From Candidatus Latescibacterota bacterium (lineage in GTDB: Bacteria; Latescibacterota; UBA2968; UBA8231): a stretch of 64,000 nt of DNA. The notes below the pieces were generated by a model that was not told where the DNA came from, ran no database searches, and was given only the letters and a program-made list of their open reading frames with translations. This document shows positions 25,852 to 35,340 of this stretch, piece after piece. Numbering within the stretch: position 1 is the first letter of the stretch; each line of letters starts with the position of its first letter. A program made the translations under genes and the position numbers. The DNA lies in contig CBDETK010000013.1 in assembly GCA_965242865.1 (NCBI GenBank), positions 1,760,001 through 1,824,000 of the forward strand, given 5' to 3'.

Positions 25852-26835
25852 TTAGATATCCAATTTGGCCAATTCGGCTTGGGCCACTTCAAACGGCACG
25901 GGCATGTACCCGTCTTTGACCACGATCTCTTGCCCCTCTTTGGAGAAAATGAACGCGCAAAACTCCCGCACGAGCGGGTCCATGGCTTGGCCGGGGGCCT
26001 TGTTTATATAAATGTATAGGAAGCGACCGAGGGGATAGGAGCCGTTCAGCACGTTTTCCATGGAGCCTTGCTTAAATTCCCGTCCCTCGGCCTTGGCCAA
26101 CGGCACGACGCGCACGCCCGAGGTCAGATAGCCAATGCCGCTGTACCCGATGGCAAAGCGGTCTTCGGTAATCCCCTGCACGACCGACGCCGATCCGGGC
26201 TGCTCCTTGACTTCGTCCTTGTAGTCGCCTTTGAACAGGGCCTGCTTCTTAAAAAAGCCATAGGTGCCCGAAGCCGAGTTGCGGCCGTACAGGCTGATCT
26301 GGGCCCTAGCCCAATCGCCGCCAAGCCCCAGCTGGCCCCAAAGGGTGATGTCTCGGGGGAACTCGCTGCGGCGGGTCTTGGAAAAAATCGCATCGACTTG
26401 CGGCAGGGTCAGGCCCTCAATGGGGTTGTCCTTGTTGACAAAGACCGCCAGCGCGTCAAGCGCGGCCCGCAAGGGCGTGGGCTTGTAGCCAAAGGCGCGG
26501 TCGAATTTGTCCTCCTCGCTCGACTTCATGGGCCGCGACATCGGCCCGAACTGGGCCGTGCCCTCGATCAAGGCCGGCGGCGCAGTGCTCGACCCTTTGC
26601 CTTCGATTTGGATCTTGACGTTGGGGTAGTACTTGCGAAAAGCCTCCAACCACAGCGCCATCATGTTGTTCATGGTGTCCGAGCCAATGCTGCTGGCGTT
26701 GCCAGCCAAGCCGCGCACCTTCTCGTAGGGCGCGATCCGCTCGTCTATGGCGATTGTCTGCGCGTGGACGCCCGCGGCAAACACCCAAATCAGCCCCATC
26801 CCGAGCCATCTTTTGTTCATTTTTGCCTTCTCCAT
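25852..26835 (-). CDS. pstS: phosphate-binding periplasmic protein
   Basis: Signal peptide, GSDT, GKGSSTAPPAL, GRNSASGTYGFF, IGYSGIGY. Confidence 0.95.
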   Translation of the reverse strand: MEKAKMNKRWLGMGLIWVFAAGVHAQTIAIDERIAPYEKVRGLAGNASSIGSDTMNNMMALWLEAFRKYYPNVKIQIEGKGSSTAPPALIEGTAQFGPMSRPMKSSEEDKFDRAFGYKPTPLRAALDALAVFVNKDNPIEGLTLPQVDAIFSKTRRSEFPRDITLWGQLGLGGDWARAQISLYGRNSASGTYGFFKKQALFKGDYKDEVKEQPGSASVVQGITEDRFAIGYSGIGYLTSGVRVVPLAKAEGREFKQGSMENVLNGSYPLGRFLYIYINKAPGQAMDPLVREFCAFIFSKEGQEIVVKDGYMPVPFEVAQAELAKLDI

Positions 26836-26858
26836 TTGGTACAGTTTGCGGGATTTGT

Positions 26859-26898
26859 GTTACATCCGCGTGTCTCGCGGATGAAACTTGCGTTACAA
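26859..26898 (-). promoter_or_regulatory. Pho-box-like array upstream of pstS
   Basis: Minus strand TTGTAAC-4-GTTTCAT-4-GAGACAC-4-ATGTAAC at 11-bp period; overlaps a CATCCGCG/CGCGGATG hairpin. Confidence 0.55.
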
Positions 26899-26971
26899 CC
26901 TTCCAAGGATCGAGGGCGGGACGCCCTCGATCCCGGACGCAACGGAAGGGTCGCGTACCAAGCAACGCGAA

Positions 26972-27922
26972 TTAAAATGTACAGAAAAAGGTCAACCGCC
27001 CCTCAACCTTGGCATCGCGGCCTTCGGGCAACGCGACGATCGCGTTGGGCATCAGGTGGACGGCGGTAGCGGCCGCATAGTCGAAGCCGGCGATGAAGAG
27101 CCAATCGGTGGCATCCTCTGCGTCGTCGGCCACCGCATCGAACCGGCCAAAGCCCTTGAGCACCGGACTTAGCGGCAGCGAGCCAAAGCCCGACACCCCG
27201 GCGAGGACTTGGTCTTTGCCGCTAGCCCGCTCGTTGGTGCGCGAGAAAACCTCCAGCCCGGCCGCGCCCTGCGCGCCCTGCCAGCCCACGAAGCCCTTGA
27301 AGGTCCGCTCGTTGCGACCGGCTGGCTTTGCATTGAAGTCCGCATAGCCTTCCAACACCCAGCGGTCCCCAGCCTTAAAACTCAACGAACCATAGAACTT
27401 CTTGCCGTGGTCGTCCTCGGGGCCTTGGCCGGGACCGTTGCCGATCATCAGGTGATACCTCAGCCGGTCGGCCTTGCCCTTGAGTGCCGCGCCCAAGTCG
27501 GCCGAAGAGCCGATTTTGTTTTGGTCGAGCACGGTCTTGGCTATCGAGCGGTATCCCCAGACCTTTTCGGCGACCGCCCAAGTCGGCGTCCCCGAAAGCC
27601 CCAAGTATAGATCCGCCGCGCCCAACACCTCCTTCCACTGCACGTAGGAGTGCTTGACGAAAGGCCGCATCTTCTCGCCTTGGCCAAACCCCGCGTCCTT
27701 GGCTTCGAGGCGGAAGCGAATGGCAAAGTCGGTGGCGATGTCCTCTTGGTAGGTGAAGTACAGCCGGCGGAACCGGAACGCATTGCGCTTGGCGGTCTGC
27801 TCGGCGTTCAATACGTAGTAGTATTCGCCAAACATAACGCCTTGGATGGTCCCTTCCTCGGCTTGAACGGCGGTGGTCAAACAGCAAAGCAACGCGGCGA
27901 TTGGCAGGATGGTTTTTTGCAT
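26972..27922 (-). CDS. outer-membrane beta-barrel, putative phosphate-selective porin
   Basis: Signal peptide, F.FRRLYF basic motif, alternating beta strands, terminal Phe; first gene of pst operon. Confidence 0.65.
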   Translation of the reverse strand: MQKTILPIAALLCCLTTAVQAEEGTIQGVMFGEYYYVLNAEQTAKRNAFRFRRLYFTYQEDIATDFAIRFRLEAKDAGFGQGEKMRPFVKHSYVQWKEVLGAADLYLGLSGTPTWAVAEKVWGYRSIAKTVLDQNKIGSSADLGAALKGKADRLRYHLMIGNGPGQGPEDDHGKKFYGSLSFKAGDRWVLEGYADFNAKPAGRNERTFKGFVGWQGAQGAAGLEVFSRTNERASGKDQVLAGVSGFGSLPLSPVLKGFGRFDAVADDAEDATDWLFIAGFDYAAATAVHLMPNAIVALPEGRDAKVEGRLTFFCTF

Positions 27923-27997
27923 TTGTGTTACAACGCTCCCTCGTCCGGTGCGAAATTGGGCCTCATTTCTTTTCTACCCACAAAATCCGCTCGCAAT

Positions 27998-28037
27998 ATG
28001 ACGCCATCGTTACAGTATTGTTACGAAATGGTGACGA
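27998..28037 (-). promoter_or_regulatory. Pho-box array for porin-pst operon
   Basis: Minus strand TCGTCAC, TCGTAAC, CTGTAAC, GCGTCAT at exact 11-bp spacing (28031, 28020, 28009, 27998). Confidence 0.8.
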
Positions 28038-28079
28038 TTTTCGCTCGCCGTGCGCTGAGACCGCGCCCTTCAAGGCCCT

Positions 28080-28108
28080 TTGTCACCGAATTGTAATTTC
28101 GGAGTAAC
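28080..28108 (+). promoter_or_regulatory. Pho-box array for TonB-dependent receptor
   Basis: TTGTCAC (28080), TTGTAAT (28091), GAGTAAC (28102), 11-bp period. Confidence 0.75.
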
Positions 28109-28168
28109 CTCTTCTCAACACAGCCTCTCTATCGTTTTTGACTTACCCAATCCCCAAGGGAGGTTTCC

Positions 28169-31057
28169 ATGAAGCACTGCTTGTCCATTGTCGGCCTCGC
28201 CCTGTTCGCTCTCGCCCGTCCGGCCTTGGGCCAAGGCACCCTCTCCGGTGCGGTTCTCGACCGCCAGACCGGCGACCCGCTCGTGGGCGCAATCGTCTTT
28301 CTAGAAGGCACCCAGCTCGGCACGACCTGCGATGTCGAGGGGCGGTTTCAGCTTTTTGAGGTCCCGTCCGGGACCTATGTGCTGGCCAGCTCGATGATCG
28401 GCTATCGGGATGCGTCGATTATCGGGGTTGAGGTGCAAGACGGCGCGGTCGCCAAGCGGGTCATCACCCTGATGCCCGAAGCCCTAGAAATCGACGGCGA
28501 GGTCATCGTCGAGGCCAAGGCTTTGCGCAATACGGGCGCGGCCCTGCTCAAGGAACGCCAAAAGGCCCCCGCAGTCAGCGACGCCATGAGTGCCGAGGAA
28601 ATCGCACGGGCGGGCAGCGGCGACGCGGCCGAGGCCATGTCGCACGTACCGGGGGCCTCGGTGGTGGAGGGCAAATACGTCTATGTCCGCGGCCTAGGCG
28701 ACCGCTACAGCTCGGTCCAGCTCAACGGCTCTTCGCTTCCCAACGCCGACCCGGACAAGCGGTCCGTGCCCATGGATCTCTTCCCCACCTCGCTCTTGGA
28801 CAATATCGTCACCACCAAGAGCTTTACCCCGGACAAGCCCGGCGATTTTACCGGCGGTTCCGTCAATATCGGCACCAAGGCGTTTCCCGATAACTTCACC
28901 CTCTCCGTTTCGGCTTCGACCCAATTTAACACCCAGAGCTCGTTTAACGACCAGTTCCTCACCTACGAGGGCGGCGGCCTCGATTGGATCGGCATCGACG
29001 ACGGGACGCGAGAAATTCCCACGGCACTGGCCGCCAGCGATGCAAAAATCCCCGATGTGGGCGCGGCGTACAACGACGAGGAAAAGGCCCTGCGGCTCGA
29101 CGAGTATTCCAAGGCGTTCTCCTCGGTCATGGCCCCCACCACCGCGACCGCCCCGCTCAACCAGAGCTACTCGGTCTCGGTGGGCAACCAAGTTGCGCTC
29201 TGGGACCGCCCCGTTGGCTTCCTCGGGACGCTCAGTTACAGCAACAGCGCGTCCTTTTACGACGACGGCACCTCGGCCCGTTGGCAACTCACCAGCCGGG
29301 AAGCCAACACCCTGACCAACAACTTTAACCTCACCGACACCCGGGGGGCGCAGGAAATCGCTTGGGGCAGCCTCGTCACCTTGTCGATCAAGCCGGCGCC
29401 CACGCACGAGTTGTCCGCGACCAACCTGTACAACCGCAACAGCGAAGACATTGCCCGCTACCTAGCCGGCGCGTTCCCCCGCGACCTCGAAGAGGAGGCC
29501 CGGTACGAGACGCGCGTTTTGCAGTTTACCGAGCGCCAAATCCAATCGCTGCAACTGGCCGGTAAACACCACTTTGGCGGCTTGCGCGCCCTGCGGGCCG
29601 AATGGTCGGCGGCCGCTTCTTCTTCGGCTCAAGAAGAGCCGGACCTGCGATTTTTTACCAACAACTACGTCACCAAAAACCGCCCGTTGCGCGACGAAAA
29701 CGGCCAAGTGCTGCGCGACGAAAACGACGAGGTCATCCGCGGCCCGGTCACGGATTACTCAATTTCCCCCTCGATTTACCCATTGCCCACTCGCTACTTC
29801 CGCGATCTCGACGAGAGCACGCGCGAATTCCAGCTCAACCTGACTTGGCCCTTCAAGCAATGGCAGGGGATCAACAGCCACCTCAAAACCGGCTTCTTGG
29901 CGCTGGACAAACAGCGCACGTTCCGCGAGCGACGCTACGAATTTGACCAAGACGACATCGACTACGACGGCCAGCCCCACACCTTTTTCGAGGCCGAAAA
30001 GGTCGGGCTCACCCGCCGCGCTGGGCGGCAGTACCGCTTTGGCTCCTACGTCCAAGACGCCACCCAGCTTTCGAGCAATTTCGACGGCGACCAGCAAATC
30101 TACGCGGGCTACGCCATGCTCGAATTGCCCCTCCATACCAAGTTGCGCCTCGTGGGGGGCACCCGGCTCGAAGCCACGCGCTTGGACGTGGCCAGCCAAG
30201 ACCCGACCAAGCCCGCCGGCCGGCTCGCCGAAAACGACCTGCTGCCCTCGCTCAACGCCGTCTGGGAAATCCGCCCCGGCATGAATGTGCGCACTTCCTA
30301 CGGCCGCACCCTCGCCCGGCCCACCTTCCGCGAGTTGGCCCCGTTTGCCTCGTTCAGCTTTGTCGGCGGCTTTACCTTTATCGGCAATGCCGCGCTAGAG
30401 CGGACCCTGATCGACAACTACGACTTGCGCTGGGAACACTTTGGCAGCCCCGGCGAGCTGTACGCGGCCAGCGCGTTCTACAAGGACTTCAAAAACCCCA
30501 TTGAGCGCGTCATTCTCACGGTCAACGGCGAGGTTCAGTTCCAAAACGTCGCAGCCGCCCAAGTGTCCGGGGTTGAGTTTGAGGGGCGACACGGCCTCGG
30601 CTTCCTCCTCCCAGAGCACTTCCACGCCGGCGGCAACCTGTCGCTGGTCCGCTCCAGGGTCAAAATCGACTCCACCGAGCTAACGCTGCGCCGGGCCCTC
30701 GACCCGCAAGCCGACGACGAGCGCTCCTTGCAGGGACAATCGCCCTTCCTTTTGAACCTCAATCTCAGCTACGACAACTTCGCCACCGGCACGGCCGCCG
30801 GCATCTACTACAACCTTTTTGGCCGCCGCTTGGCCGAAGTCAGCCTCGGCGGAACCCCAGACGTGTTCGAGGAGAGGCGCGGCACCCTCGACTGCACCTT
30901 CTCTCAGCAGTGGCACGAGTACCAGATCAAGCTGAGCGCCAAAAACCTCCTCGATTCCTCCTTTGCAAAGGCGTATCGCTACCAAGGCCACGATTACATC
31001 GCCAGCCAGTACTACAAGGGCCGTTCGTTCTCGATTGCGGTCCGTTACAGCCGCTGA
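28169..31057 (+). CDS. TonB-dependent receptor with N-terminal carboxypeptidase-regulatory-like domain
   Basis: Signal peptide, G.V.D..TG.PLVGA domain, VRGLGDRY plug, RP.FREL, GN..L, aromatic C-terminal strand; GGAGG RBS. Confidence 0.92.
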   Translation: MKHCLSIVGLALFALARPALGQGTLSGAVLDRQTGDPLVGAIVFLEGTQLGTTCDVEGRFQLFEVPSGTYVLASSMIGYRDASIIGVEVQDGAVAKRVITLMPEALEIDGEVIVEAKALRNTGAALLKERQKAPAVSDAMSAEEIARAGSGDAAEAMSHVPGASVVEGKYVYVRGLGDRYSSVQLNGSSLPNADPDKRSVPMDLFPTSLLDNIVTTKSFTPDKPGDFTGGSVNIGTKAFPDNFTLSVSASTQFNTQSSFNDQFLTYEGGGLDWIGIDDGTREIPTALAASDAKIPDVGAAYNDEEKALRLDEYSKAFSSVMAPTTATAPLNQSYSVSVGNQVALWDRPVGFLGTLSYSNSASFYDDGTSARWQLTSREANTLTNNFNLTDTRGAQEIAWGSLVTLSIKPAPTHELSATNLYNRNSEDIARYLAGAFPRDLEEEARYETRVLQFTERQIQSLQLAGKHHFGGLRALRAEWSAAASSSAQEEPDLRFFTNNYVTKNRPLRDENGQVLRDENDEVIRGPVTDYSISPSIYPLPTRYFRDLDESTREFQLNLTWPFKQWQGINSHLKTGFLALDKQRTFRERRYEFDQDDIDYDGQPHTFFEAEKVGLTRRAGRQYRFGSYVQDATQLSSNFDGDQQIYAGYAMLELPLHTKLRLVGGTRLEATRLDVASQDPTKPAGRLAENDLLPSLNAVWEIRPGMNVRTSYGRTLARPTFRELAPFASFSFVGGFTFIGNAALERTLIDNYDLRWEHFGSPGELYAASAFYKDFKNPIERVILTVNGEVQFQNVAAAQVSGVEFEGRHGLGFLLPEHFHAGGNLSLVRSRVKIDSTELTLRRALDPQADDERSLQGQSPFLLNLNLSYDNFATGTAAGIYYNLFGRRLAEVSLGGTPDVFEERRGTLDCTFSQQWHEYQIKLSAKNLLDSSFAKAYRYQGHDYIASQYYKGRSFSIAVRYSR

Positions 31058-31192
31058 GAAGCGTTCTTAAAACTCATGTTGCTTTTGGCCTAGTCTTACC
31101 TGATGACTCGTACGGTCATTCCCGCGCAAGCGGGAATCCAGCAAAGGACCAAGCCGAATCAGAAACCGAAACTCCAATTTTAGGAACGCTTC
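31058..31192. mobile_element. MITE-like element (135 bp) with IS5-like terminal repeats
   Basis: GAAGCGTTCTTAAAA / TTTTAGGAACGCTTC inverted repeats (1 mismatch), TGA on both flanks (31055-57, 31193-95). Confidence 0.65.
31115..31141. repeat. 27-bp REP/dRS3-like hairpin, copy 1
   Basis: GTCATTCCCGCGCAAGCGGGAATCCAG, identical copy at 33109-33135. Confidence 0.85.
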
Positions 31193-31199
31193 TGAGGGG

Positions 31200-31228
31200 T
31201 TGTAACAAACTGTTCACAGTACCGCCAT
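31200..31228 (+). promoter_or_regulatory. Pho-box-like array upstream of beta-helix gene
   Basis: TTGTAAC (31200), TGTTCAC (31211), CCGCCAT (31222), 11-bp period. Confidence 0.5.
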
Positions 31229-31315
31229 ATTATTGGTACAGGCTCGGGCGTTCTTAATGGACGCCAGCGGTTCGGATCGCTGGCGTCCACTTTTATCCAG
31301 TATCAGGAGGATACT

Positions 31316-32965
31316 ATGCTTCGCAAGATAACGCTCGCGGTCGGCACCGCCCTGTTGCCGACCCTGGCTGCAGCGGCCCGCATCGGCGTCACCGACGCCG
31401 ATATTCCGGTCGGCACCAACGTGGAATGGACCGCGGACAACGAGTACGTGCTCAACGGCTTGGTTTTTGTCGGCGAGGGTTCCTCGCTGACGATTCAGGC
31501 CGGCACGGTCATCAAGGGCAAGCCGGGACGAGGCGAAAACGCCAGCGCCCTCGTCGTGGCCCGCGGCGGCAAAATTTTTGCCGAGGGCACTCCAGATAAA
31601 CCGATCATTTTCACCGCCGAAGCCGACGACGTCCGCGATCCCGCCGACTTGCCGCTCGACGCCCGCGGCCTCTGGGGCGGCGTCATCATCCTCGGTCGGG
31701 CGAGCCTCAACTCCGAGCCGGGCGAAACCCCCATTGAGGGGATTCCCACCACCGAGCCGCGCGGCCTCTACGGCGGCGACGACGACAGCGACAACTCCGG
31801 CGTCTTTCGCTACGTGTCCATCCGCCACGGCGGCACCGACATCGGCGCCGGCAACGAAATCAACGGCCTGACCTTGGGCGGCGTCGGCCGCGGCACGGTC
31901 GTCGAGTACGTCGAGGTGTACAACAACCAAGACGACGGCTTTGAGTGGTTCGGCGGCACGGTCAACACCCAGTATCTGGTTTCGGCCTTCAATGGCGACG
32001 ACGCCTTTGACTACGACGAAGGCTTCCGCGGCAAGGGCCAGTTCTGGTTCTCAATCCAAGGCGAAAACAGCGGCAACCGCGCTGGCGAGCACGACGGCGG
32101 CACCACGCCCGAGGACGGCACCCCCTATGCCATTCCGGTCATCTACAATGCCACCTATATCGGCTCCGGTGCTTTTTCCCCCAACGGCGACAACGACGTG
32201 GTGCTCAAAATCCGCGATAACGCCGGGGGGCAATACCACAACAGCATCTTCACCGATTTCGCCGGGGAGGGCGTCGATATAGAGGACTTAGAATCCGGTG
32301 AGGACAGCCGCGCTCGCTTGGAGGCCGGCGATCTCGTCTTGGCCGACAACATTTGGTGGGGCTTTGGCGCTGGCGAAGCCGTTGAGGATCTCGTCCCCGA
32401 GTTTGCCCTCGCTCACTTCGCCGACCACAACAACCGCCTCGTGGACCCGTTGCTCAAGGGCATTTCCCGCACGACTAACGGCGGCCTCGACCCTAGGCTC
32501 CAAGACGCTAGCCCGGCTTGGAGCGGCGGCACCATTCCCGACGATGGCTTCTACGCCCAAGTTGACCATGCCGGGGCCTTTGGCAACGAACTGTGGACTT
32601 CGGGCTGGACCTTCCTCGCTGCGGCCGGCATCATGCCCAACGAGACCAACGAGCTGCCAACCGTCATCGCCGCAGAGTCGGCCGTGTTGGCCGCCATCCC
32701 CAATGCCTATACCCTAAACCAAAACTACCCCAACCCCTTCAACCCCAGCACGACCATTGCCTTTGCCATTCCGGCGGATGGGCACGTTGAGTTGACCCTC
32801 TTCAACGCCCTCGGCCAACAGGTGGCAACGCTGGCCGAAGGGTGGCGCGTGGCCGGCACCTACTCGCTCGCGGTTGATGCGTCGGACCTCAGCGCCGGCC
32901 CGTACTTCTATCGCCTCCGCGCTGGAAACCAAGTCCTGCACCGCAAGATGACCCTGCTCAAATAG
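31316..32965 (+). CDS. secreted acidic parallel beta-helix protein with C-terminal sorting (T9SS-like/FlgD Ig) domain
   Basis: Signal peptide, WGGVIILG, DNSG..RYV.I..GG, DDGFEWFGG, DDAFDYDEG repeats; LNQNYPNPFNPSTTI...KMTLLK tail; AGGAGG RBS. Confidence 0.8.
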   Translation: MLRKITLAVGTALLPTLAAAARIGVTDADIPVGTNVEWTADNEYVLNGLVFVGEGSSLTIQAGTVIKGKPGRGENASALVVARGGKIFAEGTPDKPIIFTAEADDVRDPADLPLDARGLWGGVIILGRASLNSEPGETPIEGIPTTEPRGLYGGDDDSDNSGVFRYVSIRHGGTDIGAGNEINGLTLGGVGRGTVVEYVEVYNNQDDGFEWFGGTVNTQYLVSAFNGDDAFDYDEGFRGKGQFWFSIQGENSGNRAGEHDGGTTPEDGTPYAIPVIYNATYIGSGAFSPNGDNDVVLKIRDNAGGQYHNSIFTDFAGEGVDIEDLESGEDSRARLEAGDLVLADNIWWGFGAGEAVEDLVPEFALAHFADHNNRLVDPLLKGISRTTNGGLDPRLQDASPAWSGGTIPDDGFYAQVDHAGAFGNELWTSGWTFLAAAGIMPNETNELPTVIAAESAVLAAIPNAYTLNQNYPNPFNPSTTIAFAIPADGHVELTLFNALGQQVATLAEGWRVAGTYSLAVDASDLSAGPYFYRLRAGNQVLHRKMTLLK

Positions 32966-32982
32966 GGCTTTTTTACCGGACG

Positions 32983-33021
32983 CAAAAAGGGGGACGAGTG
33001 GTACGCCCGTCCCCCTTTTTG
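32983..33021. terminator. intrinsic (probably bidirectional) terminator
   Basis: CAAAAAGGGGGACG ... CGTCCCCCTTTTTG stem between convergent genes. Confidence 0.75.
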
Positions 33022-33041
33022 TACCTCCACTCGCTTCTTTA

Positions 33042-33160
33042 TATAGCCGTCCTAAATGACTCGAAAGCATGGAATGTTGATCGGCACGGTCTTTTTTCCC
33101 TATGAGGCGTCATTCCCGCGCAAGCGGGAATCCAGTCTTGAAGGATGTAGGACTGCTATA
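33042..33160. mobile_element. IS630-type MITE (~119 bp including TA flanks)
   Basis: TATAGCCGTCCTAAAT (33042-57) versus reverse complement TATAGCAGTCCTACAT (33145-60), 14/16; resembles ends of the IS630 at 15088-16211. Confidence 0.65.
33109..33135. repeat. 27-bp REP/dRS3-like hairpin, copy 2
   Basis: Identical to 31115-31141. Confidence 0.85.
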
Positions 33161-34415
33161 TCACCGTACCCGCCGGAATCACCGCGTCCTTAGGCACCAC
33201 CACGATCCCGTCGCGGATGTAGTAATTAGTCCCACCGGCTTCGACGCCGCGGTCCTTGTTGGTGATGCAAACGCCCTCGCCAATGCGGGCGTTTTTGTCG
33301 ATGATCGCGCCGGTAATTTTGGTGTTGGCGCCAATCCCCACATTCGGCAGGCCCTGCGCTGCATTGCGCGCGCGATCGGCTGGCGACTCCTCCGAATCAG
33401 CCCCCATGACGATGGTATGGGCGATCTGGCAGTTCGCGCCAATCACCGACCGGATCCCGATCACCGACCGCTCGATCCGAGCCGACTGAATGTACGAGCC
33501 CTCGCAGATGATCCCGCGCTCAATGTGGCAATGCTCTAGCCGCGTACCAGCGAGGAAGCGTGCGTGCGTGTAGATCGGCGCGTCGGCCCGGTAAAAGTCA
33601 AAGGGCGGCGGCCGGTCCGTCAGCGCTAGATTGGCCTCGTAAAAAGAGCGAATGGTGCCGATGTCTTCCCAATAGCCTTCAAAGGTATGGGCAAAAACCC
33701 CGACCTTGTGGATCGCGCTGGGGATGATGTGCTTGCCGAAATCGTCTTGGTCGCTGCTCATCAGCAGGCTGACCAAGACTTGGGGCTCAAACACGTAGAT
33801 GCCCATGGAGGCTAAGTAGCCCTCCTCTGAATCGGCCGTCGCTGGCAGCCGCAGGGCCTCTAGCTCGGCCGCGTCTTGCGGCTTTTCGCGAAAATCCACG
33901 ATCCGCCCCTGTGCATCTACCTGCACGATCCCCAGCGCGGGCGCGGCCTGCCGCGTCACCGGCTTGACCGCAATCGACACGTCCGCGCCCCGCGCTCGAT
34001 GCTCTTCGACAAAGGCGCGGTAATCCATGCGATAGAGGTGGTCGCCCGACAGGATGAGCACTTGGTCGGCCCGGCGCGAAAGCAAGTGCCGGAGCTGTCG
34101 GCGCACCGCATCGGCCGTGCCTTGATACCAAGCGACGCTATCTTGGGTCTGCTCGGCCGCCAAAATTTCGACAAACCCATCGGAAAAGGAATCAAAGCGG
34201 TACGTCGTGCTGATGTGGCGGTGCAGCGAGGCGGAATTGAACTGGGTCAGGGCGAAGATGCGGTTGACCCCAGAGTGCAGACAATTGCTAATGGGAATGT
34301 CAATTAAGCGGTACTTGCCGCCAATCGGCACGGCTGGCTTCGAGCGAAGCTGAGTCAGCGGAAAAAGCCGCGTCCCTTGCCCTCCCCCGAGGATGACTCC
34401 AATGACGTTTCTCAT
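33156..34415 (-). CDS. glgC: glucose-1-phosphate adenylyltransferase
   Basis: [60 protein letters not shown]. Confidence 0.97.
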   Translation of the reverse strand: MRNVIGVILGGGQGTRLFPLTQLRSKPAVPIGGKYRLIDIPISNCLHSGVNRIFALTQFNSASLHRHISTTYRFDSFSDGFVEILAAEQTQDSVAWYQGTADAVRRQLRHLLSRRADQVLILSGDHLYRMDYRAFVEEHRARGADVSIAVKPVTRQAAPALGIVQVDAQGRIVDFREKPQDAAELEALRLPATADSEEGYLASMGIYVFEPQVLVSLLMSSDQDDFGKHIIPSAIHKVGVFAHTFEGYWEDIGTIRSFYEANLALTDRPPPFDFYRADAPIYTHARFLAGTRLEHCHIERGIICEGSYIQSARIERSVIGIRSVIGANCQIAHTIVMGADSEESPADRARNAAQGLPNVGIGANTKITGAIIDKNARIGEGVCITNKDRGVEAGGTNYYIRDGIVVVPKDAVIPAGTVI

Positions 34416-34553
34416 AACTTAAAATCCCGATTCCCAACGTTCGGCGTGGCTCCTCTAAGCGGCCTTATGTATAGACCTTTCCCCAGCATTTAGCAAGCCA
34501 TGCGCCCCCGCGCAAAATGGCATATCTTCTGACTCTAACTTAGGGAACTTGTT

Positions 34554-35282
34554 ATGCCGGGAAAATTACAGCACAAGACCGCATTGATCACCGGCGCCGG
34601 TCGAGGCATTGGGCGGGCCATCGCCGAGTGCTTTGCCCGCGAGGAAGCGTGCGTGGCTGTCGCCGATGTTGACCCCGCCGCCGCCGGTGCCACGGCCGCT
34701 GCGATCGGCGCGTTGGGCTTGGCAATGGACGTGTCGTCCAAAGCCTCTGTCCGCGCCGGCACGAGCCGCGTCCTCGAGGAGTTCGGCCAAATCGATATCC
34801 TCGTCAACAACGCCGGGTATTTGGTCTATACCACTTTTGAATCGTGCAGCGAAGCGGACTGGGACCGCATGGTCGATGTCAATATGAAAGGCCCCTTCCT
34901 CTGCGCCCAAGCGGTCATCCCCTCGATGAAGGTGCGCCGCCAAGGAGCCATCGTCAACATGACTTCTCTAGCGGCCAAGACCGGCGGCCTAGCGGCCGGC
35001 CCTCCCTACGCCGCGGCCAAAGCCGGCGTCCTCACCTTAACCATCGGCCTAGCGCGAGCCTTAGCGCCCCATCAGATTCGCGTCAACGCCATTGCCCCCG
35101 GGGTGATTGACACCGCCATGACCGCGGCCCCGGAACACGACCAACTCAAGGCTTCCATCCCCCTCGGCTGGGCCGGCCAGCCCGAAGACGTAGCCCACTG
35201 CGCCCTCTTTCTAGCTTCGGACGACGCCCGGCACATCACCGGCGAGACCATCGATGTTAATGGGGGGTTGTACATGGATTGA
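34554..35282 (+). CDS. SDR family oxidoreductase (FabG-like)
   Basis: TGAGRGIG, NNAG, YAAAK, NAIAPG, VNGG. Confidence 0.9.
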   Translation: MPGKLQHKTALITGAGRGIGRAIAECFAREEACVAVADVDPAAAGATAAAIGALGLAMDVSSKASVRAGTSRVLEEFGQIDILVNNAGYLVYTTFESCSEADWDRMVDVNMKGPFLCAQAVIPSMKVRRQGAIVNMTSLAAKTGGLAAGPPYAAAKAGVLTLTIGLARALAPHQIRVNAIAPGVIDTAMTAAPEHDQLKASIPLGWAGQPEDVAHCALFLASDDARHITGETIDVNGGLYMD

Positions 35283-35295
35283 TAACGCCCTGTCG

Positions 35296-35336
35296 TGCGA
35301 CGGGGCGCACACGCCATGCGACGGGGCGCATGGCGT
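35296..35336. repeat. short direct repeat/hairpin between convergent genes (possible terminator)
   Basis: TGCGACGGGGCGCA twice; ACGCCATGCG...CGCATGGCGT stem. Confidence 0.45.
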
Positions 35337-35340
35337 TACG

